Origin: an uncultured virus (IMG/VR IMGVR_UViG_3300028048_002585) | Taxonomy: Duplodnaviria > Heunggongvirae > Uroviricota > Caudoviricetes | Length of the DNA stretch: 29,455 nucleotides | Direction: 5' to 3' (one strand) | IMG/VR virus record: IMGVR_UViG_3300028048_002585 | Part shown: positions 17,825-27,537 of the stretch, in pieces | Numbering within the stretch: the first letter of the stretch is position 1 | Layout of the letters: each line of letters begins with the position of its first letter | Notes under the pieces: generated by a model | Databases searched by the model: none | Told to the model about the DNA's origin: nothing | What the model saw: the letters and a program-made list of their open reading frames with translations, nothing else | Program-made: the position numbers and the translations under genes

Positions 17825-18049
17825 TCATTCCTTATTATTTATTGTTGCATTATTTTTATATGGAGGAAAACATTTGCAGCAATTGCAGGGGACGGCATTG
17901 CTAAATACGATCACATTGTTATTGCGTACAACTGCACTTGAGTTTCCCTTGCCTTCCGGGTTAAATTCTCTGTACAATATCAAATTGTACCTATTGTTAA
18001 CGCGTCTCTTTCTGAATACTTTCTTTTTAATATACCTAATAATTCCCAT
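17825..18049 (-). CDS. Small basic hypothetical protein (74 aa, CNCCKC motif)
   Basis: SD GGGAGGT upstream of ATG 18049 (MGIIRYIKKK...); the longer track ORF overlaps the recombinase remnant. Confidence 0.5.
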   Translation of the reverse strand: MGIIRYIKKKVFRKRRVNNRYNLILYREFNPEGKGNSSAVVRNNNVIVFSNAVPCNCCKCFPPYKNNATINNKE

Positions 18050-18083
18050 TAATAATACCTCCCAGCCATTCTTTACTTGGGTT

Positions 18084-18221
18084 TTACTCTGGTTTAACAA
18101 TGTTGCGAGCTGCCTTTTTACGTTCTTCAGACATGCGGGCATAATGTTTCCGTGTTGTCTCTACGGAGGAGTGTCCGAGGGTTTCACTTACGAGGTATAA
18201 ATCGGAACTGGATTCGTACAC
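18084..18221 (-). pseudogene. C-terminal remnant of a tyrosine recombinase (XerC/integrase-like)
   Basis: Own translation: VYESSSDLYLVSETLGHSSVETTRKHYARMSEERKKAARNIVKPE*, containing the LGH..TT..Y box II tail. In-frame ATG at 18260 lacks an SD, and no HxLR motif is present upstream. Confidence 0.85.
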
Positions 18222-18268
18222 GTCCTTTATAGAGCCTTCTATTCTTTTTGTTTTTATCATGTGTATGA

Positions 18269-18622
18269 CTAAAATATTGAAAAGATTGCAAGTATGATGT
18301 CCATAATGATAATAAATATAATATGGTTACGGCTCCATCCTGACGGTGGACTATCTTCATCGTGTATATGAAGCCAGCAGTTGAATAATACATTTCCGAT
18401 ATCAAGCACTATCAATATCGACACAATTACTAATATAAGATTTCTGTGTAGTATCAGACTCCATACAGCATCAGTAATTGAAAGAAGATAGATAAATGGA
18501 AATACTGAACATCCCGGTCTATAGCCTTCATATTGTTTACCTTTTACCCGGTTTATTGTCATGTAAATCAACCAAAGAATTATATTAATGCAACATATGA
18601 TAATTTCATGTGTTATATGCAT
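18269..18622 (-). CDS. Small membrane protein with about 4 TM segments
   Basis: 117 aa with four hydrophobic stretches; SD GAGGTG. Confidence 0.65.
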   Translation of the reverse strand: MHITHEIIICCINIILWLIYMTINRVKGKQYEGYRPGCSVFPFIYLLSITDAVWSLILHRNLILVIVSILIVLDIGNVLFNCWLHIHDEDSPPSGWSRNHIIFIIIMDIILAIFSIF

Positions 18623-18650
18623 TTTTCACCTCTTAGTTTTTTTTAAAGTA

Positions 18651-18674
18651 GGGAGCGGTTATGAAGCCGCTCCC
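18651..18674 (-). terminator. Terminator hairpin after the adhesin gene
   Basis: GGGAGCGG/CCGCTCCC stem about 30 nt past the stop; short T tract. Confidence 0.7.
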
Positions 18675-18703
18675 ATTTGTTAATCAGTTACTTTAAAGAG
18701 TTT

Positions 18704-21700
18704 TTATTCTTCTCTTCTTTTCTTTTTCTTGTACATTACCACGCCTATTCCAAGAAGTGCAGCCATGCATACTCCTGCTATTGGAAGTACAGGGCTTGTA
18801 TCTCCTGTCTTTGGTACTGTGATAATATTTACAGTCTGGTTCTTGTCATTCAGATCTGCATGATCAGCTACAAGAACTTCAGTTTTCTTTCCGTTGATCT
18901 CTCTTACAACATACAGCTCTTCAAATACTACGAGGTCGATCTTGTCGATTCCCTTTGTAGAGAAAGTGAACTCTGTTGTGATTACGGTCTTTGTATCTTC
19001 AGCCTTGAAGCTCTTTTCAGCTGTAAGCTCTTTGCCTCCAACTGTAAATGGCTTTCCTGTAGACTTGTTCATCAGCTTGCCCTTAACGATGTATTCTTCG
19101 TCTTTAAGAATATTGTTGATCAGCACTTCATCGACTACTGTTACTTCGTCTCCGGCAGTAACTGTCTTTCCACCATTCTTCAGAGTTGCGGATGTGAGTA
19201 CACTAGGGAAGACGACTGTTTGAGGCTTATCTGTTATGTCATGATGAATAAATACAGCCTTCTTATCCCAGTAAACATCCTCAAATACAACTATTGTCTT
19301 GCCCTTTAGCAGCGATGAATCGAATGTAAATGGTACTGTTATATATCCACTTTCTTTTTCCGGCTTAAAGGTAACGGTATTTGTTATCTCTTTTCCATTC
19401 TTATCAAGCAATGGATTTCCAGTCTCCTGATCCATCAGAACACCTGTAGCTTCATACTCTCTTCCGTCAGCTATAAGTCCTTCGTACAGAATGAAATCGA
19501 AAATGGTTGTCTGTGGCTCGGCAAGTGCCATATTGGTATAAGTCTTTGTATCCTTTGCCTGAGTAGAGCCTCCCGGAATTGTAGTTGTCTGGTCTACATC
19601 ATTTAATTCGTGATGTATAAATACGTCTTTTCCACCATAGCGGACATTTTCGAAGACAACTATCTTCTGTCCTTTAAGTATTGAAGCATCGAAGTCGAAT
19701 GGTACTACAACCTCTCCATCAGCCTTTTCAGGTACAAATGTTACTGTGTTTGTTATTTCATTTCCGTTCTTATCAAGAACAGCTTCACCTGTAGCTTTAT
19801 CCATAAGAACTCCGGTAGCTGTATATGTACGTCCATCAGCTATGAGGTTCTTATATGTGATCGTATCGTCAATATGAGCATTTTCTTCTGCAAGAGTGAT
19901 ATGATCACCGGTCTTAGCATCTTTAGCGGTAGTATGTCCACCAGGGATCCATGTAGTCTGCTCGATATCATTGATATCATGATGACAAAATACAGATTTT
20001 TCGCCATAATATACATCTTCAAATACTACTACACTCTTACCCTTGAGCAGCATTGCATCGAACGTAAATGGAACCTTGATTATTCCGTTTTCGGTTTCCG
20101 CTTTAAATGGAACAGTGTTTGTTATTTCCTTACCATTGTCATCAAGTATAGGCTTTCCTGTGGCCTTATCCATAAGAACTCCTGTGGCTTTATACTCTTT
20201 ACCTACGATAAGTCCTTCGTAATAGATAGTATCGGTTACAGTTGCCTTTTCCTCTGCAAGTGTAAGGTGATCTTTTGTCTTATCATCAAGTAAAACTGTA
20301 TGTCCTTTAGGGATGCTTGTAGTCTGTTCCACATCATCAATCTCATGATGTGTGAATACAGATTTTCCGTTATAGTAAACGTCTTCAAAAACAACAATCT
20401 TCTGGCCCTTAAGAACCTCTGAGTTAAACTTGAATGGTATATCTGTAGTTCCGCTTTCTTTATCCGGCGTAAACTTTGTTGTATTTGTTATCTTATTTCC
20501 ATTCTTATCCAGTACAGGCTCTTTAGTTCCTTTATCCATGAGGTATCCTGTCAGAGTGTACTCTTTATTAGGAATAAGATTTTCATAAAATACCGTATCA
20601 ATGATCTCTGCTTCTTCCGAGGCAAAGGTGATATGGTCTTCTGTCTTTGTATCCCTTACAATTGTATGTCCGTCTGGAATACGTGTAGTCTGCTCTTCAT
20701 CGTTGATATTATGCTCAATGATCACGGATTTTTCATTATAAGTTACATCTTCAAATACGACTATCTTCTTTCCTTTAAGAAGAGATGAATCAAACTTGAA
20801 TGTAAGATCTACTGAGCCATCCGGTGCTGTCGGTGTAAACGGTGTAGAATTAACTATTTCCGTTCCGTCTTTTCTCAGAACAGGCTTATTTGTTTCCTTG
20901 TCCATAAGCTTACCGGTCAGTACATATTTCTTGCCCGGGATAAGGTTGACATAGGACATTGTATCTGTTATAGATGCCTCTTTTTCAGCATATGTGATTT
21001 TATCCCCTGTCTTGTCATCCTTTACTGTAGTCTTTCCTCTAGGGATATAGATAGTCTGTGATGCTATTTCGTAATCATTTTCCGAAGCTATGATAGTATC
21101 TCCAAGATAGATATCCTGAAATGCTACTATTGTCTTTCCTTCCATACCGGTTGCGTCAAATGTGAATGTTACATCATATTTCCCACTCGCTGCTGTTGGT
21201 GTAAACGGTACGCTTACAGTTACTGTCTTGCCTGAAGAATCTTTAAGAGCTGTCTTTGCGGCCTTATCCATCATTGTACCCTTAACCACATATTCAGTTC
21301 CCGGTGTAAGGTTAGAATACTCGATCGTATCTGTTATTGAAGCATCTTTTTCGGCAAGAGTCATCTGGTCCTTTGTCTTATCGTCTTTTACCTGAGATTT
21401 GAGGCTTGGAACATAAACTGTCTGTGCGATATCCGTTAATACTGTATGTGATGCCATTACCTTGTTATTATAAGAAATCTCTTCAAAGACTACCAGAGTC
21501 TTACCTTCCATGCCAGTTGCATCAAACGTAAATGTAACATCGTGTGTTCCGTTCGATGATGCAGGCTTAAATGCATTGTTAGTAACTGTCACTTCCTTAC
21601 CTGTTGCATCTTTAAGCACATTTCCATTAGCCTTATCAATAAGTGAAGACTTAACGGTGTATGTAAGTGATGTGTCAAGGTTAGTGTATGTTATCGTATC

Positions 21701-24700
21701 TGTTATTGATGCATTCGCAACTGCTGATATTGTCTTATTTGCTGTATCGCCGGTCTTATATGCTTGTGTAATAACCTTCGGGATAATTATCGTCTGATTA
21801 TTATCGTCAAGATTTTCATGAACCACTGGGAAAATCTTGTCAGTCGTTCCAGGATACTGAGCTGCTGAAGCATCGTCTGCAGGAACAGTTGTTCCGAGAT
21901 ATAACTTTTCAACCACTACAAGTTTCTTACCATCAAGATCTGTTGTGTCTACTGTAAATTCAACATCGAAGGAACCTGTTGCTTCATATACTGATTTTGT
22001 ATAGTCAGCTCCGGTCTTGAATGGCTTTGTGACTATATAATCACTTCCGTTTTTCTGATATACATAGCTTGTTCCATCTTCATTGACTACCATAAGACGG
22101 CCTACTGCGATGAAATCAGTATCTACCTTTAAGTTACTGTATGATACTGTATCTTTTATAGTGACATTTGAGTTCTGAGGTGCCAGTTTTGTTCCTGTCT
22201 CTGTAACAGATGCAGTTGTTGTTATTTCAGGATTCTTTACGTTGTAGATTGCATCCTCTGTAACCTTTCCATCCTTAACTACATATGTTATCGCTTCTGA
22301 TACTGTGAACCTGATTGCCGGCTGAAGCTGATATCCCTTGTTAGCGTCACATCTGAGCTCTGTCACTGTGTATTCACCTACCGGAAGAGCTCCGAGGCCA
22401 TCAATCTTTGCTGTTTCAGAACCGTCTGTCTTCTTACCAAACCAGAGTCCTGCTGCTTCTGAGTTATACTTGCCGTCTGCTCCAGTCTTTATTGTGTAAG
22501 ATTCTCCGCTAGTTTCTGACTTTATCTCAAACTCAACATTAGCCATAGGACTGCCGGCTTTATCGGTCTTGAAGAGTTCGAAGTTTCCTCTGATCGGCTT
22601 TTCTTCAAGAAGGATTGCTCCGTCGAATGTCATATTTCCAACTGTAAGGTTTTCCATATCCCTTGTGTTGGCTACGATAACTCCGTTTGTATTCGTAACA
22701 ACCGCTCCCGAAGTCTGTGACTTATATATCGGATTGCCTGTTGTGTAACCTGCAGGAGCTTTTGTTTCCTGTATGGTTATATAACCTGCGGGGAACATTG
22801 GTTCGGTATTTCCCGGCGCATAATAGAATGGGCTGTTATTGCTTTCTCCGCCTACAAGCCAATCCGCTCCTAATCTAGCTCTATAAACATTATCTGAAGA
22901 TACGTATTTAGTTTCTATCGTCCATGTGGCATCAGCTATTCTCTGTGCGAGCTGAGCTGCTGTATAGTTAACGCTCGTATCAACTGCATAGAACTTGATA
23001 GTAAATTGTGCTCCTTCAAGATTTCCTGCACCTTCTGCTACCGGATTTCCGTCTACATCGACCTTGTTAATATTAATTGAGACAGGATCTAATGTTGGTG
23101 TATTTTCCACATTGAGCTTTGCAGGATTATTATTGATATTCTCTGCGTTTACAGTAACCGGATGTACTGCGTTGCTGATCTCATAACCTTTTCCTGCTGT
23201 TGACTCAATAGCGTAGAATGTTGTGCTTCTGAATTTTCCTGTAGATGTATTAACTGACATATAGCTTGATACATCTATCAGATTACTTCTGCCGATACCG
23301 TCAGTTCCTATTCTATCCGTGGTAATGTTTAAGTTACCGATCGAAGCACTGTAGTCTTTACTTGTGAGTGCTGCTCTTGCTTCTGCCTGTGTCTTAAATA
23401 CCTTAAACTGTGTTCCTGCAAGTGAATAGTTAGGATTGTTCTTTACGCAGTCAGGATTTGCCGATGACTTGATAAGCTGTACATATGTCTTTCTTGCGTT
23501 CGGCCAGTCAGTATATGTAACATTTTTCCCTACTGTAAGTGCTTTTGTGTTTACTGTAATTACATGATTATTATCCGTCTGTGTCTCAACTGCGTAGAAG
23601 TATCTGTATTTGCCCGCTACATTAGTTGTAGTTGGATTATAATAATCAGTCACTTCTACATTAAGAAGTCCTGTCGTAGCACTTGTTGACTTACCGCTAA
23701 GTGCATTGATCTTTGTACCGCCACTTGTTGCTCCACTTGTATTTGTGCCATAAATGTCAAATGTGGCTGCAATGAACTGATTAGGATTATCCGCATCATA
23801 CTTCTTAATTCCGACATAATATTTTTCAGGCTTATTGGAAACAAGAAGTGTAACGCTAATCTGTCCGTTATTATTTACACCTTCATTTAATCCGGCATAA
23901 TATGCCTCATTTCTGCCCATAGAGCCTTCTCTTGCACCATGTCTTGCATAGTGAACAGCTGCGAATACATTTATGCTGTTGTTATAATTTGCCTTATTGG
24001 TTTCGTTTGCCCATGCTGTTACAAGATCAGGTCTGTTTGCAAGATACTGGTCTGCCCTGAATGAAGGATTTCCAATACGACTTCCTACCTCATTCGTTAA
24101 TCCCGAACGGATATAGTGTCTGAACATTGTGTTTATATCTTCAGCTGATAGATTGCTTGATGAAGTGCTTGTTAGATGAAGATTTGATCTATCCGTTGCG
24201 TTAAGTGTCTTGTCAAAGTAATATACAGGATCGAATATATATCCCATATATACATCTCCCCAGCTTACCTGTCCGCTAGGTACACTTATATTAACGGTAT
24301 AAACTGTATCGTTCTTTTCGTATCCTTCAGGGGCTTTTGTTTCTTTTACATAGTATGTTCCCGGAGCAAGACCTGTATAAGTGGCAAATCCCTTAGGACT
24401 GGTATATTCATGACGACCATTTCCGTCATTATAGCCCATCTTTCCGACTGCCTGTGTACAACCTGCATCCTTATATACCGTGAACTCTGCTCCTGAAAGA
24501 GGCTTATTCTTATTGTTATCAGCATATTTGAATACTTCAATCTTTCCATATACAGGAGCATCTGAAGCATTACCTGTTGTATTTTCGCCCTGCTTAACTG
24601 TGACGTTATACTTTGCTACATCTGAAGTCCAATTTCCGCTTGGAACACTTACTGTACTTTTTACAGCATAATTTGAATTAGTATTTAATTCTTTAAAGTA

Positions 24701-27196
24701 CCAATTCTGTGATGAGAGCGACGACCACCACTCTAACCAGAGCGTACCATTTTCGTTTACTACTGCATCATCACTTCCGGCTATGGATCCAGCACCTTTA
24801 TAAATATCAATAGCCTTGGTCTTTCCGTTAGCTCCAAGAGTATATGTCGCAATAAGCTTATTCTCAGCATTATAAAGACCGTACTTGATACCATCCATTG
24901 AACGTGTATCTGTTGCTATTGTACTCTTCTTTTCAAGAGTTACCATATATGGTGGAGGTGACATTTTCCATCCCCATACATTCTGCCAGTCATGATTCTT
25001 TTCATAGGAAAATGCAAAATAGCAATGGAATCCCTTTGGAGGATTCGGTGCTCCGTTAACAAGAACTGTAGCAAGTCCCTGTACCCAATTCGGTGAATCG
25101 GAATATCCCGTTCCTCCAAGGCTCTGTGTTTGGGCAAGGGTTGCAAGAAGATAATGACATACAGTTACATATCCGCTTTCGGATGTATAACCCTGCTCAT
25201 TTACATACTGATGCATCGACTTATTGCCAAGGCAATCAAGGCTTGTATCCCATCCCGGTGCGCCGTACATATAGTACATTACCTTACCGATATAAACGCC
25301 TACTTCATAAACCTTATACATACCCTTATCAGGCTTTGTAAGACTGGGATCTACGCAGTATGCATTCCAGCTTTCACCATTCCATGTTGTTCCGTCTATG
25401 ATGAAAAACTCTCTTGTAGGAACACCAAAACTGGAGCTGTAAACATCATCGCCCCATGTAACGTACATATCTTTTATATATGTAAGGTATGCCTGTCCAT
25501 CTCCTGAGCCGTTGTATGCCTGAACATCAAATGTTCCTTTTCCTTCTTCAAGAGGTTTTTCTTCTTTATCTTTTTCATCGTCCTTCTTTTCTTCAAACTT
25601 TGTGTCTTTAGGAAGGATTACTGAATCATTCTTAAATTTCTTACCATTCTTGGAAATGATACCACTGAGTTTTGCTGCAGCTTCCGATGTTGACTCTGAA
25701 ACTACATAGTAATCAACTGTGTCACCATAATTAGAAAAGTTTTTCTTGTATCCGTCTTTATCTACGGATCCGGCGATCATAGCATTCTCGATATTTCCCG
25801 GAATAAAATATTTAACATTTTTTCCGTTATTTCCCGCTGCTCCGATTACGGTTATTCCGTTGTTAACTGCTTCTTCAACGATGTCCTTAACGATGGTGTT
25901 GTCCTCTGTGCTAAATGCAGAGAATGACATGTTGATAATAGATACCTTATTATCAATCGCATATCTTACTGCTGCATATATATCAGATGGCTTTGCTTTA
26001 CCATTTGCATCGAATGCCTTGATAGAGAGTATCTTTGCATCTGGATTCTCTTTAAGGATCGTATCTGCCATTAATGAACCATGTCCGTTATCATCGGTTG
26101 TAACATCTCCGATTACGGATACTGCATCTACGACCTTGCTGTTTGCACCGGTATCAATCAGAGCAATGACTTTCTGTTCATCTTTGACTTCTGATTCTTC
26201 AAGTTCATTAAGAACTGTAAGAGCATCATCCTGATTTACAACTTCTGCTTCGGATGCATCCGTTTGGGTTGAATCATTATCAGCAATCTCGTAGATCTCA
26301 TCATCAAATTCTACAAATACAGCCTTATCCTGATAGTAGTCATAACCGGCTATTCTTGCGGATTCAGTTTTATATCCAACGAGATATATGCCATCATAAC
26401 TGGATATAACATACCCGTCTGTGAAAATGCTGTCATCGTCAGATGCTACAAGAAGTCTGTAAGAAAGTGATGATGCGTCAATCTCCTCAATCTTCTTACT
26501 TTTTACTTCAGTAGACTCTTCGACTGTCTTTTCTTCTGTAACCGCTTCGGTTGTTTCTTCTGGCTTCTTTTCTGTAGCTGTTTCTTTCTTTTCTTCTGTG
26601 AATGTCTCCACAGCTGCTTCTGTTATTTCCTTTGTCTTTTCTTCCGGAATCACTTCAGTTATCTCGTCAGCTTTGTCTTGTGAGAAAAGTGCAATCTCAT
26701 CATCAAGCGTACTGAAAGACTGTCCGTCTGCTGCCGTTCCGGCAAGATACATAAGATCATATCCGCTTTCATGCTTCACTGAAACTTCTTTGGAAAGGTC
26801 TGTGGCAAAGTAATCGAACGTATTGATGTAATATGTTGTACCATTACACTTGATCACAATAACGCTTTCCGTGTCTGAATTGAAGTCAGCATAGAACTTT
26901 ACTGTTTCATCCACCGCTATCACTTCGTCAGCTGAAAGCTTGTTAGTATACTCATCCTTATCGAGCTCGTCCTTACTTACTGAAGAAATGAAGGTAATGT
27001 CAGATCCGGTGTCGTTCTTGAGAATGACTGGTTCTTTATCAGAATTGCCAATTTCTCTCAGCTCGGATTCCTGTGCCTCATTGTCCTGCACTTCGTCTGC
27101 TCTGACTACCGCTCCCGTTGGGGCTGTGAGCGAAAAGATCATTGAAAATGCAAGAATTCCTGAAATGACTTTTTTAAATCCGTGTCTCGTCTTCAC
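18704..27196 (-). CDS. Giant sortase-anchored adhesin: S8 peptidase-like, thioester-like, SpaA/CnaB domains and nine VaFE repeats
   Basis: GTG start with SD GAGGAGG; signal peptide; IALIDTG/NGHGS/AAGN/STSEAA subtilase motifs; AYCVDP; KETKAPEGY-type SpaA domains; repeats with GKKIVVFE and HxDxxDxxQT; VPKTG, TM helix and KKKRR tail. Confidence 0.92.
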   Translation of the reverse strand: MKTRHGFKKVISGILAFSMIFSLTAPTGAVVRADEVQDNEAQESELREIGNSDKEPVILKNDTGSDITFISSVSKDELDKDEYTNKLSADEVIAVDETVKFYADFNSDTESVIVIKCNGTTYYINTFDYFATDLSKEVSVKHESGYDLMYLAGTAADGQSFSTLDDEIALFSQDKADEITEVIPEEKTKEITEAAVETFTEEKKETATEKKPEETTEAVTEEKTVEESTEVKSKKIEEIDASSLSYRLLVASDDDSIFTDGYVISSYDGIYLVGYKTESARIAGYDYYQDKAVFVEFDDEIYEIADNDSTQTDASEAEVVNQDDALTVLNELEESEVKDEQKVIALIDTGANSKVVDAVSVIGDVTTDDNGHGSLMADTILKENPDAKILSIKAFDANGKAKPSDIYAAVRYAIDNKVSIINMSFSAFSTEDNTIVKDIVEEAVNNGITVIGAAGNNGKNVKYFIPGNIENAMIAGSVDKDGYKKNFSNYGDTVDYYVVSESTSEAAAKLSGIISKNGKKFKNDSVILPKDTKFEEKKDDEKDKEEKPLEEGKGTFDVQAYNGSGDGQAYLTYIKDMYVTWGDDVYSSSFGVPTREFFIIDGTTWNGESWNAYCVDPSLTKPDKGMYKVYEVGVYIGKVMYYMYGAPGWDTSLDCLGNKSMHQYVNEQGYTSESGYVTVCHYLLATLAQTQSLGGTGYSDSPNWVQGLATVLVNGAPNPPKGFHCYFAFSYEKNHDWQNVWGWKMSPPPYMVTLEKKSTIATDTRSMDGIKYGLYNAENKLIATYTLGANGKTKAIDIYKGAGSIAGSDDAVVNENGTLWLEWWSSLSSQNWYFKELNTNSNYAVKSTVSVPSGNWTSDVAKYNVTVKQGENTTGNASDAPVYGKIEVFKYADNNKNKPLSGAEFTVYKDAGCTQAVGKMGYNDGNGRHEYTSPKGFATYTGLAPGTYYVKETKAPEGYEKNDTVYTVNISVPSGQVSWGDVYMGYIFDPVYYFDKTLNATDRSNLHLTSTSSSNLSAEDINTMFRHYIRSGLTNEVGSRIGNPSFRADQYLANRPDLVTAWANETNKANYNNSINVFAAVHYARHGAREGSMGRNEAYYAGLNEGVNNNGQISVTLLVSNKPEKYYVGIKKYDADNPNQFIAATFDIYGTNTSGATSGGTKINALSGKSTSATTGLLNVEVTDYYNPTTTNVAGKYRYFYAVETQTDNNHVITVNTKALTVGKNVTYTDWPNARKTYVQLIKSSANPDCVKNNPNYSLAGTQFKVFKTQAEARAALTSKDYSASIGNLNITTDRIGTDGIGRSNLIDVSSYMSVNTSTGKFRSTTFYAIESTAGKGYEISNAVHPVTVNAENINNNPAKLNVENTPTLDPVSININKVDVDGNPVAEGAGNLEGAQFTIKFYAVDTSVNYTAAQLAQRIADATWTIETKYVSSDNVYRARLGADWLVGGESNNSPFYYAPGNTEPMFPAGYITIQETKAPAGYTTGNPIYKSQTSGAVVTNTNGVIVANTRDMENLTVGNMTFDGAILLEEKPIRGNFELFKTDKAGSPMANVEFEIKSETSGESYTIKTGADGKYNSEAAGLWFGKKTDGSETAKIDGLGALPVGEYTVTELRCDANKGYQLQPAIRFTVSEAITYVVKDGKVTEDAIYNVKNPEITTTASVTETGTKLAPQNSNVTIKDTVSYSNLKVDTDFIAVGRLMVVNEDGTSYVYQKNGSDYIVTKPFKTGADYTKSVYEATGSFDVEFTVDTTDLDGKKLVVVEKLYLGTTVPADDASAAQYPGTTDKIFPVVHENLDDNNQTIIIPKVITQAYKTGDTANKTISAVANASITDTITYTNLDTSLTYTVKSSLIDKANGNVLKDATGKEVTVTNNAFKPASSNGTHDVTFTFDATGMEGKTLVVFEEISYNNKVMASHTVLTDIAQTVYVPSLKSQVKDDKTKDQMTLAEKDASITDTIEYSNLTPGTEYVVKGTMMDKAAKTALKDSSGKTVTVSVPFTPTAASGKYDVTFTFDATGMEGKTIVAFQDIYLGDTIIASENDYEIASQTIYIPRGKTTVKDDKTGDKITYAEKEASITDTMSYVNLIPGKKYVLTGKLMDKETNKPVLRKDGTEIVNSTPFTPTAPDGSVDLTFKFDSSLLKGKKIVVFEDVTYNEKSVIIEHNINDEEQTTRIPDGHTIVRDTKTEDHITFASEEAEIIDTVFYENLIPNKEYTLTGYLMDKGTKEPVLDKNGNKITNTTKFTPDKESGTTDIPFKFNSEVLKGQKIVVFEDVYYNGKSVFTHHEIDDVEQTTSIPKGHTVLLDDKTKDHLTLAEEKATVTDTIYYEGLIVGKEYKATGVLMDKATGKPILDDNGKEITNTVPFKAETENGIIKVPFTFDAMLLKGKSVVVFEDVYYGEKSVFCHHDINDIEQTTWIPGGHTTAKDAKTGDHITLAEENAHIDDTITYKNLIADGRTYTATGVLMDKATGEAVLDKNGNEITNTVTFVPEKADGEVVVPFDFDASILKGQKIVVFENVRYGGKDVFIHHELNDVDQTTTIPGGSTQAKDTKTYTNMALAEPQTTIFDFILYEGLIADGREYEATGVLMDQETGNPLLDKNGKEITNTVTFKPEKESGYITVPFTFDSSLLKGKTIVVFEDVYWDKKAVFIHHDITDKPQTVVFPSVLTSATLKNGGKTVTAGDEVTVVDEVLINNILKDEEYIVKGKLMNKSTGKPFTVGGKELTAEKSFKAEDTKTVITTEFTFSTKGIDKIDLVVFEELYVVREINGKKTEVLVADHADLNDKNQTVNIITVPKTGDTSPVLPIAGVCMAALLGIGVVMYKKKKRREE
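18830..22240 (-). repeat. Nine VaFE repeats of roughly 120-150 aa within the adhesin
   Basis: Recurring DTIxYxNL...GxLMDKxT...FxFDxSxLKGKxIVVFE...HHxIxDxxQT units; boundaries approximate. Confidence 0.85.
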
Positions 27197-27286
27197 TTTT
27201 TTTCCTCCTCTTTTAATATAGATTTTGTTTATATATGAAATTCTCCTTTTTACGGGGGAATCAGCGTTCCTCTTCTTTAACTGTCC

Positions 27287-27305
27287 CTATATATATTATG
27301 TATAA
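27287..27305 (-). promoter_or_regulatory. Conserved element motif, copy 4 (adhesin upstream region)
   Basis: CTATATATATTATGTATAA about 90 nt upstream of GTG 27196. Confidence 0.7.
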
Positions 27306-27362
27306 GGATTTGAGTTATCTGACAAAAAGGAGCCACTGATTCGCTCTCGTAGTATGGGGTAC

Positions 27363-27380
27363 ATATTTATTATGTATAAA
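27363..27380 (-). promoter_or_regulatory. Conserved element motif, copy 5 (variant)
   Basis: ATATTTATTATGTATAAA; keeps the TATTATGTATAAA core in the same orientation. Confidence 0.55.
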
Positions 27381-27537
27381 TATTTTCATCGCTTACCTAA
27401 ATCAAACATTTTGAGTCATTATTTTGCTTGTTTTTTGTTTATTTTCGCTTTCTGTACCCCTTAAAAATGCCGAAATCTGGTTAATTATCGTTAAATGTGA
27501 AATTTTTATGTATCTAATTTATTGGTATTTATTTTGT

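Noticed and set aside
18050..18142. N-terminal 31 codons of the 105-aa track ORF
   Set aside because: Alternative frame of the recombinase remnant; the SD points to ATG 18049.
517..27221. Many short plus-strand ORFs (e.g. 1283-1642, 7561-8022, 18677-19309, 25746-26234)
   Set aside because: Antisense shadows of long minus-strand genes with no recognisable motifs.
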